From: Octopus sinensis
Lineage: Eukaryota
Reading direction: 5' to 3'
Assembly (NCBI RefSeq): GCF_006345805.1
Contig: NC_043001.1
Span: 108,314,001 to 108,378,000, forward strand
DNA length: 64,000 nt
Shown here one piece after another: positions 24,790 through 37,639 of the stretch. How positions within the stretch are numbered: position 1 is the first letter of the stretch; the number at the start of each line of letters is the position of its first letter. The notes under the pieces were generated by a model. It saw only the letters and a program-made list of their open reading frames with translations. It was not told the origin of the DNA and searched no databases. The position numbers and the translations under genes are program-made.

Positions 24790-26957
24790 TTAGGGACATA
24801 CTCATCAAGAAATTTGATGAGAGGGAGGAGGAGCTCCAGACGTCAGACATAGAAGGTAGCTGGGAATTCCTACGGGACAGCTTGCTGAGTGCCACAGACC
24901 GAGTCTGTGGATGGTGCAGAGTCCCTTCCAGACCTAGAGTTACGTGGTGGTGGAATAGTGCAGTAGATAAAGCCATTAGTGCAAAGAGACGGGCCTGGAA
25001 AGCCTGGAGGGATGGGGGCAGCAGGGAACTGTACCAAGCAGCCAAAAGGGAGGCTGGGCGGCAGGTATACATAGCCAAAGATGTAGCAGAAAAGAAGAAG
25101 TTTGCCAATGTCCAGCGACGTGAGGACCAAAGAGCTGAGGTATTTCGGATTGCCAGACAGTGTGTCAGAGAAAATAGTGATGTTACAGGAGAGAAATGTG
25201 TCCGCATGGATGATGGGGCACTTGCTTTTACTGTTAGTGAAAAGAAAGAGGCTTGGAGAAGCCATTATGAAAGACTGCTGAACGAGGAGAATGAATGGGA
25301 GGAGGAGAGCCTGCCAAATGTTGACCCAGTAGAGGGACCAGCTACCCGAATAGACAGCTCCCTTGTAGATAAGGCAATTAAGGATATGAAACCAGGCAAA
25401 GCCCCCGGCCCATCAGGAATCACTGCTGAGATGCTTAAAACAGCTGGCTATGTGGGCTATGGCATAGTCACCCGCATTGTAAACCAAGTAGTTCACAATG
25501 GAGTCATACCCAATGACTGGCGTAGCAGCACCATAGTCAACTGCTACAAGGGTAAGGGTGATGCTCTGGATAGAAATAATTACAGGGGTATCAAACTGTT
25601 GGACCAGGTGATGAAGGTCACAGAGAGGGTCATAACCCATCTCATTAGGGAGAGAATTTGCTTAGATGAAATGCAGTTCGGTTTTGTGCCAGGTAGAAGC
25701 ACCACTGATGCTATATTCCTGGTCCGACAACTGCAGGAGAAGTACCTAGCTAAAGATAAACCCCTCTACATAGCCTTTGTGGACTTGGAGAAAGCCTTTG
25801 ACAGGGTCCCCCGTTCCCTTATCTGGTGGTCGATGCGGAAACTGGAGATTGACGAATGGCTAATAAGGGCTGTACAGGCTCTATACAGAGAGGCTGCCAG
25901 CAAGGTTAGGATTGGCAACGAATATAGTGAAGAATTCCGGGTAGAAGTAGGTGTGCACCAGGGCTCAGCCCTCAGTCCCCTTCTATTCATCATAGTCCTC
26001 CAGGCAATAACAGAGGAATTCAAAACAGGATGCCCCTGGGAGCTCCTCTATGCTGATGACCTGGCTCTCATAGCAGAATCACTACCGGAACTAGAAAAGA
26101 AATTTCGGGTGTGGAAGCAAGGGTTAGAATCAAAGGGCCTTAGAGTAAATGTAGCAAAGACCAAAGTAATAATAAGCAGCAAGGCGTACTCAGCACACAC
26201 ACCCTCGGGTAGGTGGCCCTGCTCAATCTGTAGGAAAGGTGCAGGTAGAAACTCCATAAGATGCACCCAATGTAAGCTATGGACGCACAAGAGGTGCAGC
26301 AACATTAAAGGGAAATTAACAGATAAGATAGCCTTCATGTGCGGCAGATGCACAGGGACAATAGACACCACAGACACTCAGAAAGCAGATTCCATCACAC
26401 TCCAGGGAGAGAAACTAGAAGTAGTTGATAGTTTCCGCTACCTGGGTGACCAAGTTAGTAGCGGAGGTGGATGCACAGAGAGTATCACCACTAGAATACG
26501 AATAGCCTGGGCAAAGTTCAGAAAGCTCCTACCCCTACTGGCGAAAAAGGGTCTCTCCCTCAGAGCGAAAGGTAGACTGTATGATGCATGTGTGCGAACT
26601 GCCATGCTTCACGGTAATGAAACATGGGCTATGACTGCAGAGGACATGCGTAGACTTGAAAGAAATGAAGCTAGCATGATCCGCTGGATGTGTAATGTCA
26701 GTGTGCATGCACGACAGAGTGTAAGCATCCTGAGAGAAATGCTGGATATAAGAAGCATCAGATGTGGTGTGCAAGAGCGACGCTTGCGATGGTATGGTCA
26801 TGTGCTGCGGATGAATGAGGAGAGATGTGTGAAGAAGTGCCACTCCCAAACAGTTGAAGGTATCAGGGGGAGAGGTAGACCCAGGAAGACATGGAATGAG
26901 GCAGTCAAGCTTGACCTCAGAGCGTTGGGCCTCACCGAGGCAATGGCGAAGGACTGA
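24786..26957 (+). CDS. RTE reverse transcriptase ORF (endonuclease lost by truncation), 723 codons open
   Basis: KAPGPSGI, FVDLEKAFDRVP, GVHQGSALSPLLF, LLYADDLAL, FRYLG, RRLRWYGHVLRM, RGRGRPRKTW; the frame is open upstream of the tracked start back to 24786. No native start codon. Confidence 0.95.
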
Positions 26958-27466
26958 GATCTCTGGAGATATGCTGTGACTGCAAAGACCCGGGCTGCTT
27001 CCTGCATCAGTTCCGCATAGCCCCTGCCCATTCAAAGTACTCCGGATCCCAGATCGTCCTGCTGTGCTTGAGGAGACCTGTTGAGTCAAGTACATGAACA
27101 CACCAAACACCCCTCCCCGCTGGTGCTCCCCTATATTTCTGCACCCCCCCCCATAAAAAGCACCATCCGAACGTGGCCGATGCCAGCACCGCCCCGACTG
27201 GCTTCTGTGCAGGTGGCACATAAAAAGCACCAACCGACCGTGGCCATTGCCAGACCCCTCTGGCACCTGTGCAGGTGGCACGTAAAAAGCACCCACTACA
27301 CTCGCGGAGTGGTTGGCGTTAGGAAGGGCATCCAGCTGTAGAAACACTGCCAGACCAGACTGGAGCCTGGGGCAGCCCCTGGCTCCCCAGACCCCGGTCG
27401 AAACCGTCCAACCCGTGCTAGCGCGGAAAACGGACGTTAAACGATGTGATGATGATGATGATGATG

Positions 27467-27470
<4 letters not shown>
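24786..27470 (+). mobile_element. 5'-truncated RTE-clade LINE, young
   Basis: RT ORF, 3' UTR and (GAT)n tail; both ends abut (TA)n. Confidence 0.95.
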
Positions 27471-27501
<31 letters not shown>

Positions 27502-27542
27502 ATTATATCAATACACTTGTGCAGAACAATATTTAGCACTAC

Positions 27543-27980
27543 TAAGGCGGTGAGCTGGCAGAAACATTAGCACACCAGGCAAAATGCTTAGTAGTATTTC
27601 GTCTGTCTTTACGTTCCGAGTTCAAATTTTGTCAAGGTCCACTTTGCCTCTCATCCTTTCAGGATCGATAAGTTAAATACCACTTGCATACTAAGGTCAA
27701 TTTAATCAATGCCCTCCACTAAAATTTCAGACCTTATGCCTAGAGTAGAAAATAATACTCCACGTTTTAAAGGTTGCGAGCTGGCAGAAACGTGAGCACA
27801 CCATGAGAAATGCTAAGCAGTATTTCGTCTGCCATTACGTTCTGAGTTCAAATTCCGCCGAGGTCGACTTTGCCTTTCTTCTTTTCAGGGTTGGTAAATT
27901 AAGTACCAGTTGCATACTGTGGTTGATCTAATCGACTGCCTCCCCTAAAATTTTTGGCCATTTGCCTAGAGTAGAAAAGA
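27543..27980 (+). mobile_element. SINE family B head-to-tail pair
   Basis: Heads at ~27543 and ~27771. Confidence 0.85.
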
Positions 27981-28339
27981 ATATTTAGCACCACTACTAA
28001 AACGGAATACAGACTGGAGTGTTTAAAATGGCATCAGATGCCATTGCAATGGTTGCAATGAGTCTTTAAGAAATGAGCCTCAAAAGCATTGTTAAGACTA
28101 AAATTACAGAATTCCTATCAAGTGTGCTTACCTTGTTGTACTTCGAGAGTTTGACCTGGCACGCCATCACTACCTCGCTTCATCTCTTCATCAACTACCC
28201 CCCACCCAATCCATAACCCTGTATCTCCTCTATAGCAAGACGCCTGTGCTTGTTCCTCTATCATACTTCAGCCTTTCTATACCCGACATAAAGGCCCCAC
28301 CACCACTTATAACAAGAGCTTTCCCTTTAGCTTATTTTT

Positions 28340-28960
28340 TTTTTACTTTATCTTATTGTTTTGTAGTGGGGGTGTTATGTCTTGCAAATTACATGACAAC
28401 CTCACCAGTGCTGGTGCCATGAAAAAACTAGCACCCAGTACATTCTGTAATATGGTTGGTGTTTGGAACGGTGCCCAGTCATAGAGGCCATGCAAGAGTT
28501 GATGCTGCAGCTTGCCAAATCCTGTCAAGCTGTCCAACCCAAGCCAGCCTGGAAACCAGACATCAAATGATGACAATGATAATCTGATATATATACTGCT
28601 AACACAGTTGTGTAATATTCATGACCGGCTAACTGGCTTCCGTGCTGGTAGCACTTAAAAGGCACCATTCGAGCGTGATCGTTACCAGCGTCGCCTTACT
28701 GGCACTTGTGCCAGTGGCATGTGTAAAAAGATTCAAGCGAGGTCGTTGCCAGTACTGCCTGACTGGCCCCTGTGCCGATGGCATGTAAAAAGCACCCACT
28801 ACATTCTCAGAGTGGTTGGCATTAGGAAAGGCATCCAGCTGTAGAAACTCTGCCAGATCAAGATGGGAGCCTGGTCAGCCATCTGGTTCGTCAGCCCTCA
28901 GTCAAAATCGTCCAACCCATGTTAGCATGGAAAGCAGACGTTAAACGATGATGATGATGA
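28340..28960 (+). mobile_element. Two RTE 3'-tail elements (~28340-28580 and ~28620-28960)
   Basis: Both end ...ACRTYAAAYGATGA; different upstream modules. Confidence 0.8.
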
Positions 28961-29473
28961 TTTGTAGTCTTTGCAATTTAACCAAAACACACCATACAAT
29001 TTTTTCCCAGTTCACACCTACCATTCACCTGGGTGGTTGAGAAAATATGTGCTAGCATACCAAGGCAAAAATCTATAAAAATGTTAGCAGTAATATATTA
29101 GCCAGAGTAGAATCTATTGGTTACTAAAGACAAAAACTTTATTTCAAGACCAAAATATCTTCTTTTTTGTTTTCTCAGAACTGCGTCTCTCTTGATGCTT
29201 AAATGTTTAATATCAAATATGCATAAAGTTAGTTCAGTGATTATATATTTGTCTTCTTAAATAAAATATAGAAACCATTGATTAGTACGAACAAAGAGCA
29301 GAAATACTTTCCATTACTTCAACAGTATAGAACAGGCGTATAATGGAAAGCGTCAGCAATGAAAAATAAAATCACTTTGCTTAGACTTGATAATGGACTA
29401 AAAATATATTCCATTAATTTTACAAAACACAAACTAATGCAATTTTTTGTCTTAAACATTATATCTACGTTTT

Positions 29474-29520
<47 letters not shown>

Positions 29521-29536
29521 GATAATATATATGTAG

Positions 29537-29985
29537 GTGAAGGCAGCAAGCTGGCAAAACCATTAGCACACCAGGCAAAATGCTTAGCAGTATTTCATCT
29601 GTTTTTACGTTCTGAGTTCAAATTCTGCCGAGGTCGACTTTGCCTTTCATCCTTTCGGGTTTGATAAATTAAGTACCAGTTGCGAACTGGGGGTCGATCT
29701 AATCAAGTAGCCCCCTCCCCCAAAATTTTCAGGCCTTGTGCCTAGAGTGGAAAAGGTTCTCCTTTAAGGCATCGAACTGGCAAAAACATTAGCACATCAG
29801 GTGAAATGCTTACTGGTATTTCATTTGTCTTTACGTTCTGAGGTCAAATTCCGCCAAGGTCAACTTTGCTTTTCATCATTCCAAGGTCAATAAATTAAGT
29901 ACCAGTTGTGTACTGGGTTGATTTAATCAACTAGCACCATCCCTCCCCCAAAATTTGGGGCCTTGTACCTAGAGTAGGAAAGACT
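29537..29985 (+). mobile_element. SINE family B head-to-tail pair
   Basis: Heads at ~29537 and ~29764. Confidence 0.85.
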
Positions 29986-30856
29986 ATACATATAGGTACT
30001 TGTATACATTTTAACATATGTGTGTATGAACATTCATGTATACAGACGTAGGTGTGTGTACATCATCGTCATCAATTAACACCAGTTTTCCAGGCTGGCA
30101 TGGGTTGGATGGTTTGGCAGGTGCTGGCAAGGGCAGAAGCCACACCAGATTCCATCGTCTATTTTGGCATATTTTCTACAGGTGGATGCCCTTCCTAATG
30201 CCAACCACTTCAAAGGTTGAATTGGGTACTTTTTACATGACACTAACACACACACACACACATATATATGATTATGAAGAAGTAACTCAGAGTAGCCAAT
30301 AGCCAGTATTTGAACAACAAAGACGAAAAAAGCTATGTGAAATAAAATACATGACAGGTTCTTGCTTTATTGAAGGTAACAGAAAAAGCCAAGTGGCATT
30401 TGGACTAACTCCAAATGAGAGAGAAAAGACAATTTCAAAACACCAAGAATTTCTCCAAAACTGACATGCCATTAAGGAACAACCAGTCTGATTGAATATA
30501 AAAACACACACACACATATATATATTATCACCATTTAATGTCCATGCTCCAGACTAGCATGGGCTGAGTAGTTTAATGCAAGGGTGGAGAAACCCCAACC
30601 CTTGGACACAATTGCGCCCACTAGCCCATTTTATATTCCACCCCCACCCCACCCCCCACCCCATGCAGGCTGCTATTATTCATATATACAAGATATAGTA
30701 AATTTTTCAATTATAAAATTTATACAATATTCGTATTTGCCTATTTGCGACATAGGTCATGCTTCCACTATGACTGAAAACAGACTCAAACAGAAAATCG
30801 TCCACTCGTGCGGTATCTTACAACTTTACTTTGTTATATATATATATATATATATA

Positions 30857-31270
30857 CTAGCAGCTAAGCCTGGTTTCACCCGGTCGGTTTGGATGATGTA
30901 GCTGTGATCGTTTTTGGTTGGTCATAATCTATAACAGTGTTTGTCAACCTTATCATTTCGGGTCCCCTGTTTCGATTGGAGCCTCCAGCTATGTGAACAT
31001 TTCCTGATCCCACCCCGTCAGAAAACAGCTTCTAAGCAACTGATTGATTTAATGGCAGAATAAAGAGGAAAATTCTATTAGAAAAGGTTTTAATCGATTT
31101 TCTCGGTAAGTATGGTGGTTAGGAAAAAATACAAACTGCATTCCAATCTATGCACCCGTCTCCGCATGTGTGCCATTTTTCATGTGAATCCACTCAGCCG
31201 TTTGGCTGTGAACCTCAAGACAAGAAAGAATACAACGATCGCCCATGTCCAATTTATATTTATATTATCT
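30857..31270 (-). mobile_element. Non-autonomous Helitron-like element
   Basis: Minus strand ends GACCGGGTGAAACCAGGC hairpin ... CTAG; flanked by (TA)n; 5' end uncertain. Confidence 0.55.
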
Positions 31271-31277
31271 ATATATA

Positions 31278-31333
<56 letters not shown>

Positions 31334-32261
31334 TGTATGTGCCTATATATGTGAATGGGTGCACATGCATACATACATAAAAATTTTCACACGGTCTCCA
31401 TTCACTAAATTCCTTTCACAAGACTTAATAATGGTAAATGGATTTACAGGAGTTTCAGTGACGAGTATTCCAGTTGTCCAATCAACCGAAATACCAAAGT
31501 AGGTGAATACATACAGCAGAGACATCTGTATAACCTTAATACAATTCTTCAGATTGAATCAGCATAACAATATAGCCTTTGCATTAGAGAAACAATCTCT
31601 CCGACGGTCTTCCAATTTCAGTCTCAATGCTTGTTTTTATTTATACACACACACACATACATACATACATACACTGTATGAATGTATATATAGTATAGCA
31701 ATTTAGATTACAAGCCTTCGCTCTTGATAATGAAAATGCCTCTTGAAATGGAGGACAAAAATATATCAAAGAATGCCATATGGTAAGATTCTAGTCAATG
31801 TAGGACATATTCAGCCCCAGTTATGAGATAAATTAAATATAGGTATCTAATATTAGAATAAGGACATAGGGGGTGAGGATAGAGTATAGCCAATTAAATC
31901 ATCTCTCGTCATTTGGCTCTTACTTTATTTCGGTGACCCACAGCAAGGATAAAAGCAAAATTGACCTTAGTGGTATTTGAACTGAGAAACCTAAGGATAA
32001 ATGAAGAAAATTCAATGAAATAATAATTAGGAAATTCCTTTACAGCAGAGGAGGGGGGGGGAGAGAAAAAGTAAGGTTGTAGACGTACAAAATGTGTTGC
32101 TGTTGTTGCTGCTGTTGTCCCTCCCATATCAGTCCTCATCAAGCTCTCTTATGATCATCCAAAATATAACCATATTGGCCAAGTGATGCAGAATTCTCTG
32201 GAGAGGCTCCAAAGAAAGTTGGAAATCGGATCAGGCCGTTAATCGTTTTTTGCAGGAGCAG

Positions 32262-32910
32262 GCGTGGCTGTGTGGGAAGATGTTTGCTTCCCAACTACAT
32301 GGTTCTGGGTTCAGTCCCACCACGTGGAATCTTGCGCAAGTGTTTTCTACTACAGCCTCAGGCCGACTGGAGCCTTGTGAGTGGATTTGGTAGATGGAAA
32401 CTGAAAGAAGCCCGTCATGTGTGTGTGTGTGTTTGTCTCCCACCACCGCTTCATAACCAGTGTTTCTGTCTGTGTAACTTATCAGCTCAGCAAAAGATAC
32501 CAATAAATTAAGTACCAAACCTAAAAAAAGTATAACAGCGATTGTGTGGTAAGTAGCTTGCTTACCAACCACATGGTTCCAGGTTCAGTCCCACTGCGTG
32601 GCACCTTGGGCAAGTGTCTTCTACTATAGACCTTGGGCCGACCAAAGCCTTGTGAGTGGATTTGGTAGACGGAAACTGAAAGTAGCCCGTCGTATATATG
32701 TACATATATATACGCATATGTGTTTGTGTGTGTGTGTATATGTTTGTCCCCCACCCAACATCACTTGACAACTGATGCTGGTGTGTTTACGTGCCCGTAA
32801 CTTAGCAGTTCTAAGCCTACAAAGAATAAGTCCTGGGGTCGATTTGCTCAACTAAAAGGCAATGCTCCAGTATGGCCACAGTCAAATGACTGAAACAAGT
32901 AAAAGAGTAT
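32262..32910 (+). mobile_element. Two tandem SINE family A copies
   Basis: Heads at ~32262 and ~32538; the first is 3'-truncated. Confidence 0.85.
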
Positions 32911-33185
32911 ATAGAGTGTGTGAGATAAATCTACTCATTCAAGTGGTACAGGTATCTCAGCAGTTAGAGATTAACAGCTCAAATTGCACCATCAAAGCTG
33001 TTCTGTATCCATGGTCAAAATGCCCAGTTCTTAATGACTCCTGCTTATCTCATCATCTTTTCAATGTCCACTTTTGCATGCTTGAATGGGTCAGACAGAG
33101 TTTATTTAGACAGACTTTCTCCAGCCAGATGCCCTTCCTGTCATCTGTAAATTCATGAAAATAAATACAACTAAGCAGAGTAAAT

Positions 33186-33512
33186 GTGGAGGTGCAATGG
33201 CCCAGTGGTTGGGGCAGCGGACTCGCAGTCGGAGGATCGCGGTTTCGATTCCCAGACCAGGCATTGTGTGTGTTTATTGAGCGAAAACACCTAAAGCTCC
33301 ACAAGGCTCTGGTAGGGGGGGGTGGCGACCCCTGTTGTACTATTTCGCCCCAACTTTCTCTCACTCTCTCTTCCTGTTTCTTGAGTAATGCTGCGATGGA
33401 CAGGTGTCTCATCCAGCTGGGGTAGGGGGGGGAACACATATGCCACAGAAACCAAGAAATCGGGCCCATGAGCCTGGCTAGGCTTGAAAAGGGCACATAA
33501 ATAAATAAATAA
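33186..33512 (+). mobile_element. tRNA-derived SINE with V-domain-like segment
   Basis: A-box TGGCCCAGTGG, B-box GGTTTCGATTCC, TGCGATGGACAGGTGTCTCATCCAG, (AAAT)n tail. Confidence 0.7.
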
Positions 33513-33778
33513 GCAGAGTAACAAGTAGCAACAGCAGTGATATTGAAAAGATGTTTTATTGTTCCAGACATTCTTATGGGATGAAGACGAAAGTGTTAAT
33601 GCAACCTCACCCTTAATTATGTCATAGACTTGGGGGGAAAAAAAAGAAAACAAACCTAACAGATGCATCTTACCAAACTTGAAGCATTTTCATGGGAGGA
33701 TTTGAAATCACTGCTAATGAAATATTTCTCAGCTAGAATCATCCAACAAAGGTAATGGACAGTAAGATATATAGACCA

Positions 33779-33962
33779 AAGGCTGCGAGCTGGCAGAAAT
33801 GTTAGCATGCCGGGCGAAATTCGTAGCCGTATTTTGTCTGTCGTTACGTTCCGAGTTCAAATTATACCAGTTACGCACTGGGGTCGATGTAATCGACTTA
33901 ATCCCTTTGTCTGTCCTTGTTTGTCCCCTCTGTGTTTAGCCCCTTGTGGGTAGTAAAGAAAT
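33779..33962 (+). mobile_element. SINE family B with internal deletion
   Basis: Head and tail present; the CTTTCATCC domain is missing. Confidence 0.8.
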
Positions 33963-34074
33963 ATATATAGACCAAAGCCATGGCTAAAAACAAACTGTAA
34001 TTCACATTGAATTTTCCAATTTAACCACTTCTAATTACACTTTTCTGAACTGAAAATAATTATGTCATAATTAA

Positions 34075-34270
34075 CCCTTTGACCTTCGGATTACTCTGTC
34101 GAATGTAATTTTTATTTATTCATATTGTTTTGAATTAATCTTGCTTTATCTTGTGCTTCTGTGATTTTCATGATTTGATTGCTAATTTTAAGAAGGACAT
34201 TCTAAGGCATCTCACTGGTTTGAACATAAAACAGGGGAAATATTTAGGCTGGATGTGGTCAGTTTAAATG
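34075..34270 (+). mobile_element. piggyBac-like MITE, truncated by an RTE tail
   Basis: TTAA|CCCTTT start; body homologous to 6745 and 56515. Confidence 0.65.
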
Positions 34271-34642
34271 TAAAAAGCACCCACTCACTCTCAGAGTGGT
34301 TGGCGTTAGGACGGGCATCCAGTTGTAGAAACACTGCCAGATCAGATTGGAGCCAGGTGCATCCACTGGCTCTCCAAACCACCCATGCCGGCATGGAAAA
34401 CAGATGTTAAATGATGATGATGATGATAAACTAAATATTGGCAACCTTTTTTCAAGAACCAGGCCGCATCAGACACAGCTCGTCATTAGGCAGGCAGCAC
34501 TACTAAAAAAAAATTCAAGATAATTTTGTGTTAGGCATGCCATTCAGAAAATCTCAACAGGCCACATGCAGCCTGCAGGTTGCAGTTTGCTCAAGATGGG
34601 GATAAACTTTCCAATATAACTTTTATGTCATATCAGATTCAC

Positions 34643-34857
34643 TAGCATTTAAATCAGCCATATCTGGCCTAAATATTGAACCTGTTTTGTGTTCAAACTG
34701 GTCAGATCCAGCCTCTCACACCTACCCTAAAATGTCATTCATAAAATAAACAATCACATCATTGAAATCTCAAAGCTGCAAAACAATGCAAGTTTAATTC
34801 AAATCAGTGGGAATAAATAAGCATTACATTTGACAAAGGAATGTGAATGCTGAAGGG
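34643..34857 (-). mobile_element. piggyBac-like MITE
   Basis: Reverse copy ending TGCTGAAGGG|TTAA. Confidence 0.7.
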
Positions 34858-35189
34858 TTAAGCCATATATTCAAATAATGCTTTAATCTTGAAAAGGAAA
34901 CGCTATGCATCTATTTGAGTCTGTTTAATTCTAAATGGTTATTTGTTAAGTAACTTAAGGTGTTTGACCTTTTAGTTTAAGCTTTTGAACTGGTAAACAA
35001 AATTGTTCCTAATTTTCTCTTATAGTACATTTCTTTTCTGTCCTTTCACTTTATGGCCTTTTTTGATAACAACAACCTTTCCTTTAACCTTTAAAACCCA
35101 AACTTTAACAGGTTACTGCTCTTAAAAGCAGCATGATGGTTCATTTTGGCCACATATGATGTGTGCTTTGAATCAATATAAAAGATATA

Positions 35190-35460
35190 TAACGTAAAAA
35201 GCACCATCCAAATGTGGTCGATGCCTGCCCCCTCACCCCTACTAGCTCTTGTGCCGGTGGCACGCAAAAAGCACCATTTGATTGTGGTCGATGACAGCAC
35301 CCTTCTGGCCCCTGTGCTAGTGGCATGTAAAAAGCACCCACTACACTCTTGGAGTGGTTGGCGTTAGAAAGGGCATCCAGCTATAGAAACATTGCCAGAT
35401 TAGACTGAAGTCTGGTGCAACCTCCTGGCTTTCCAGACCCCAGTCAAACCATCCAACAGT
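35190..35460 (+). mobile_element. RTE 3'-tail element lacking the (GAT)n end
   Basis: AAAAAGCACC units and TTGGCGTTAGAAAGGGCATCCAGCT. Confidence 0.8.
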
Positions 35461-35479
35461 AGCTGCACGACACCTTGAA

Positions 35480-35565
35480 ATATATTTGCCACCTAAATGT
35501 GGCTAACCCTTAAGGGTTGATGCTACTGTAGCTTGTAGCCCCAGGAAGACATCTCCTCCATCTGG
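35480..35565 (+). repeat. Dispersed repeat fragment; inverted copy at 39340-39425
   Basis: ATATTTGCCACCTAAATGTGG...GCCCCAGGAAGACAT and its reverse complement. Confidence 0.75.
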
Positions 35566-36494
35566 CTTTTTCAAATTAATTGAAACAAAGGCAGAGTATT
35601 TCAAGAGAAATATGGTAGCTAAAGTGTTAACTTCCTAGCTTAGGTTACACAATTGTAAACAACTACCTTTGACTAATTAAATAACAAATGTTTTGTTAAC
35701 TTTGTGTCGGATTAAAATTGTCCAACAAACTCTTGTTTATAGATGGTTTGAACAGTAAATATTATGGTCTCAAAAACACTAAAAAACCAGATTTTTGCAA
35801 AGATTTGCTTCGAGATAACAATGAATCGCAATTTATATACCAATCGATAACCCTCATTAAACTTATATTACTTATCTTATTAGATTGATTTTTGTATTTA
35901 TTTCTTTTGTGTCAGGAATTATTCTGGAAGACAGCTTAGAATAAAGTCATTATCTTTTAGATTATTTGACTAATTTCAATATTTGTCTATAACTGTTGAT
36001 GGTTTGTTTCTACAGAGTATTCTTGGTTTCTTTGCTAAACAATTCTAATACTAAAACACATAAAATTTCTATTGAAAATCCATTATCATAGACTATAATT
36101 TCGTAATGGAGTATCTTTGGCAATCCAATAAAATACCAATATATTTTTGTGGCTAGTCTTTACAAAGAAAAAAAGAAAACAAGAAAATGGTAAACACGCA
36201 AAAATAATTAGAAATTTACAGTAAAAACAATAACAATAATAAAAACTATAAGAACAGCTTTATTAATGTTGGATACAATGTATGGTAGTTGGAAAATGTG
36301 TGCTACTGAGGCACATCTCAACATCTGCCAATTCTTATAGGAAATAACCAGTTACACAGCTCTGTCGAAATTCTTAGCTCTTAATTCCTGCACCTCCACA
36401 CTAGAATTGAAGTGAGGTATTATTATTATACATTCTGCTGAATCACACAAGATATACCATTCCAGAATCTAATGACAGGATCTCTTAGTCTTTC

Positions 36495-36527
<33 letters not shown>

Positions 36528-37639
36528 AATAGTTGTTTTCATTAAGCCCAGTACTGCACTCTGCCTACAAAAGGTTCAATAAGTCAGCAGAGTTATCTTG
36601 GTGTCTATGAGTTTTACATGTCCTTATGTTATATTTCATTAATTTTGCCTTTCATCCATTTGAAGTCAATAAATAAAGAACCACTCAAAATTTAATTTCT
36701 TCTCTCTCTTTGTCTCTTTCTCTCTCTCTCTCTCTCTCTTTGTCTCTGTCTCTCTCTCTCTCTCTCTCTCACTCACTCTCTTTCTCCCTCACAAGGTGAA
36801 TAACTATGTATCTCCTTTGTGGCAGAACACCTGTTTCAATCCTCATTCCTGATCTCTCTCTCTCTCTCTCTCTCTCTCACTCACTCAGGCCAGGTAACCT
36901 TGTACCTCCTCTACAGCAAGACACCTGTTTCTGTCTCTGTTTCGCTATAACCTTTCATCATCTGGCATAAGATCACCTCCTGCAATGGCCCCTCCCCCTC
37001 TCAAAAGATTTTTGTCTTGCAAGTTAGTTGGTGACCCTGTCAGGGCAGGTGCCACTTAAAAAGAGGCTTGTCTACAATGTAGCTTCCTCAATATTCTTTA
37101 TTCTGTTTATAAAACAATGAGCAATGTACCGGTCTATGTAACAACTAGCTTAGCTATAAGGATTATCATTCAGTTCATTACATATAAATATACAACAAAG
37201 TGACATTATGAAGGGCATCCAGCAGTAGAGATCATGCCAAAACAGACAAGAGAGATTGGCATAGTCCTCTCACTTGCCAGCTCCTGTTCAAACCTTCCAG
37301 CCCATGTTGGCATGGAAAATGGACATTAAAAGATGAGGATGTAGATTATGATGATATAAATATGTATTTGTGAACTTGTAAATATTTTAATTAGAAAATG
37401 ATTTCTTATGAGTACTGATAATTATCATGACTAAAGTGCTTGACTAATTACTGATTTTATTCATCCCAAAAAGAGATAAAAAGCAAAGTTGAAGCCAACA
37501 CAATTTGAAATGCACAAACTGAACATAGTATTTTATCTGGCTCTCATCAACCACTCACCTCTTTGCACAGCTGAATTATAATTACATATCTATATCAATA
37601 GATACACATACATAAAAACAAAAATCAACTTTTGAACAT

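Noticed and set aside
33186-33260. Functional tRNA genes (also 55247-55315 and 1197-1267)
   Set aside because: Acceptor and anticodon stems do not pair properly and the sequences continue into SINE bodies.
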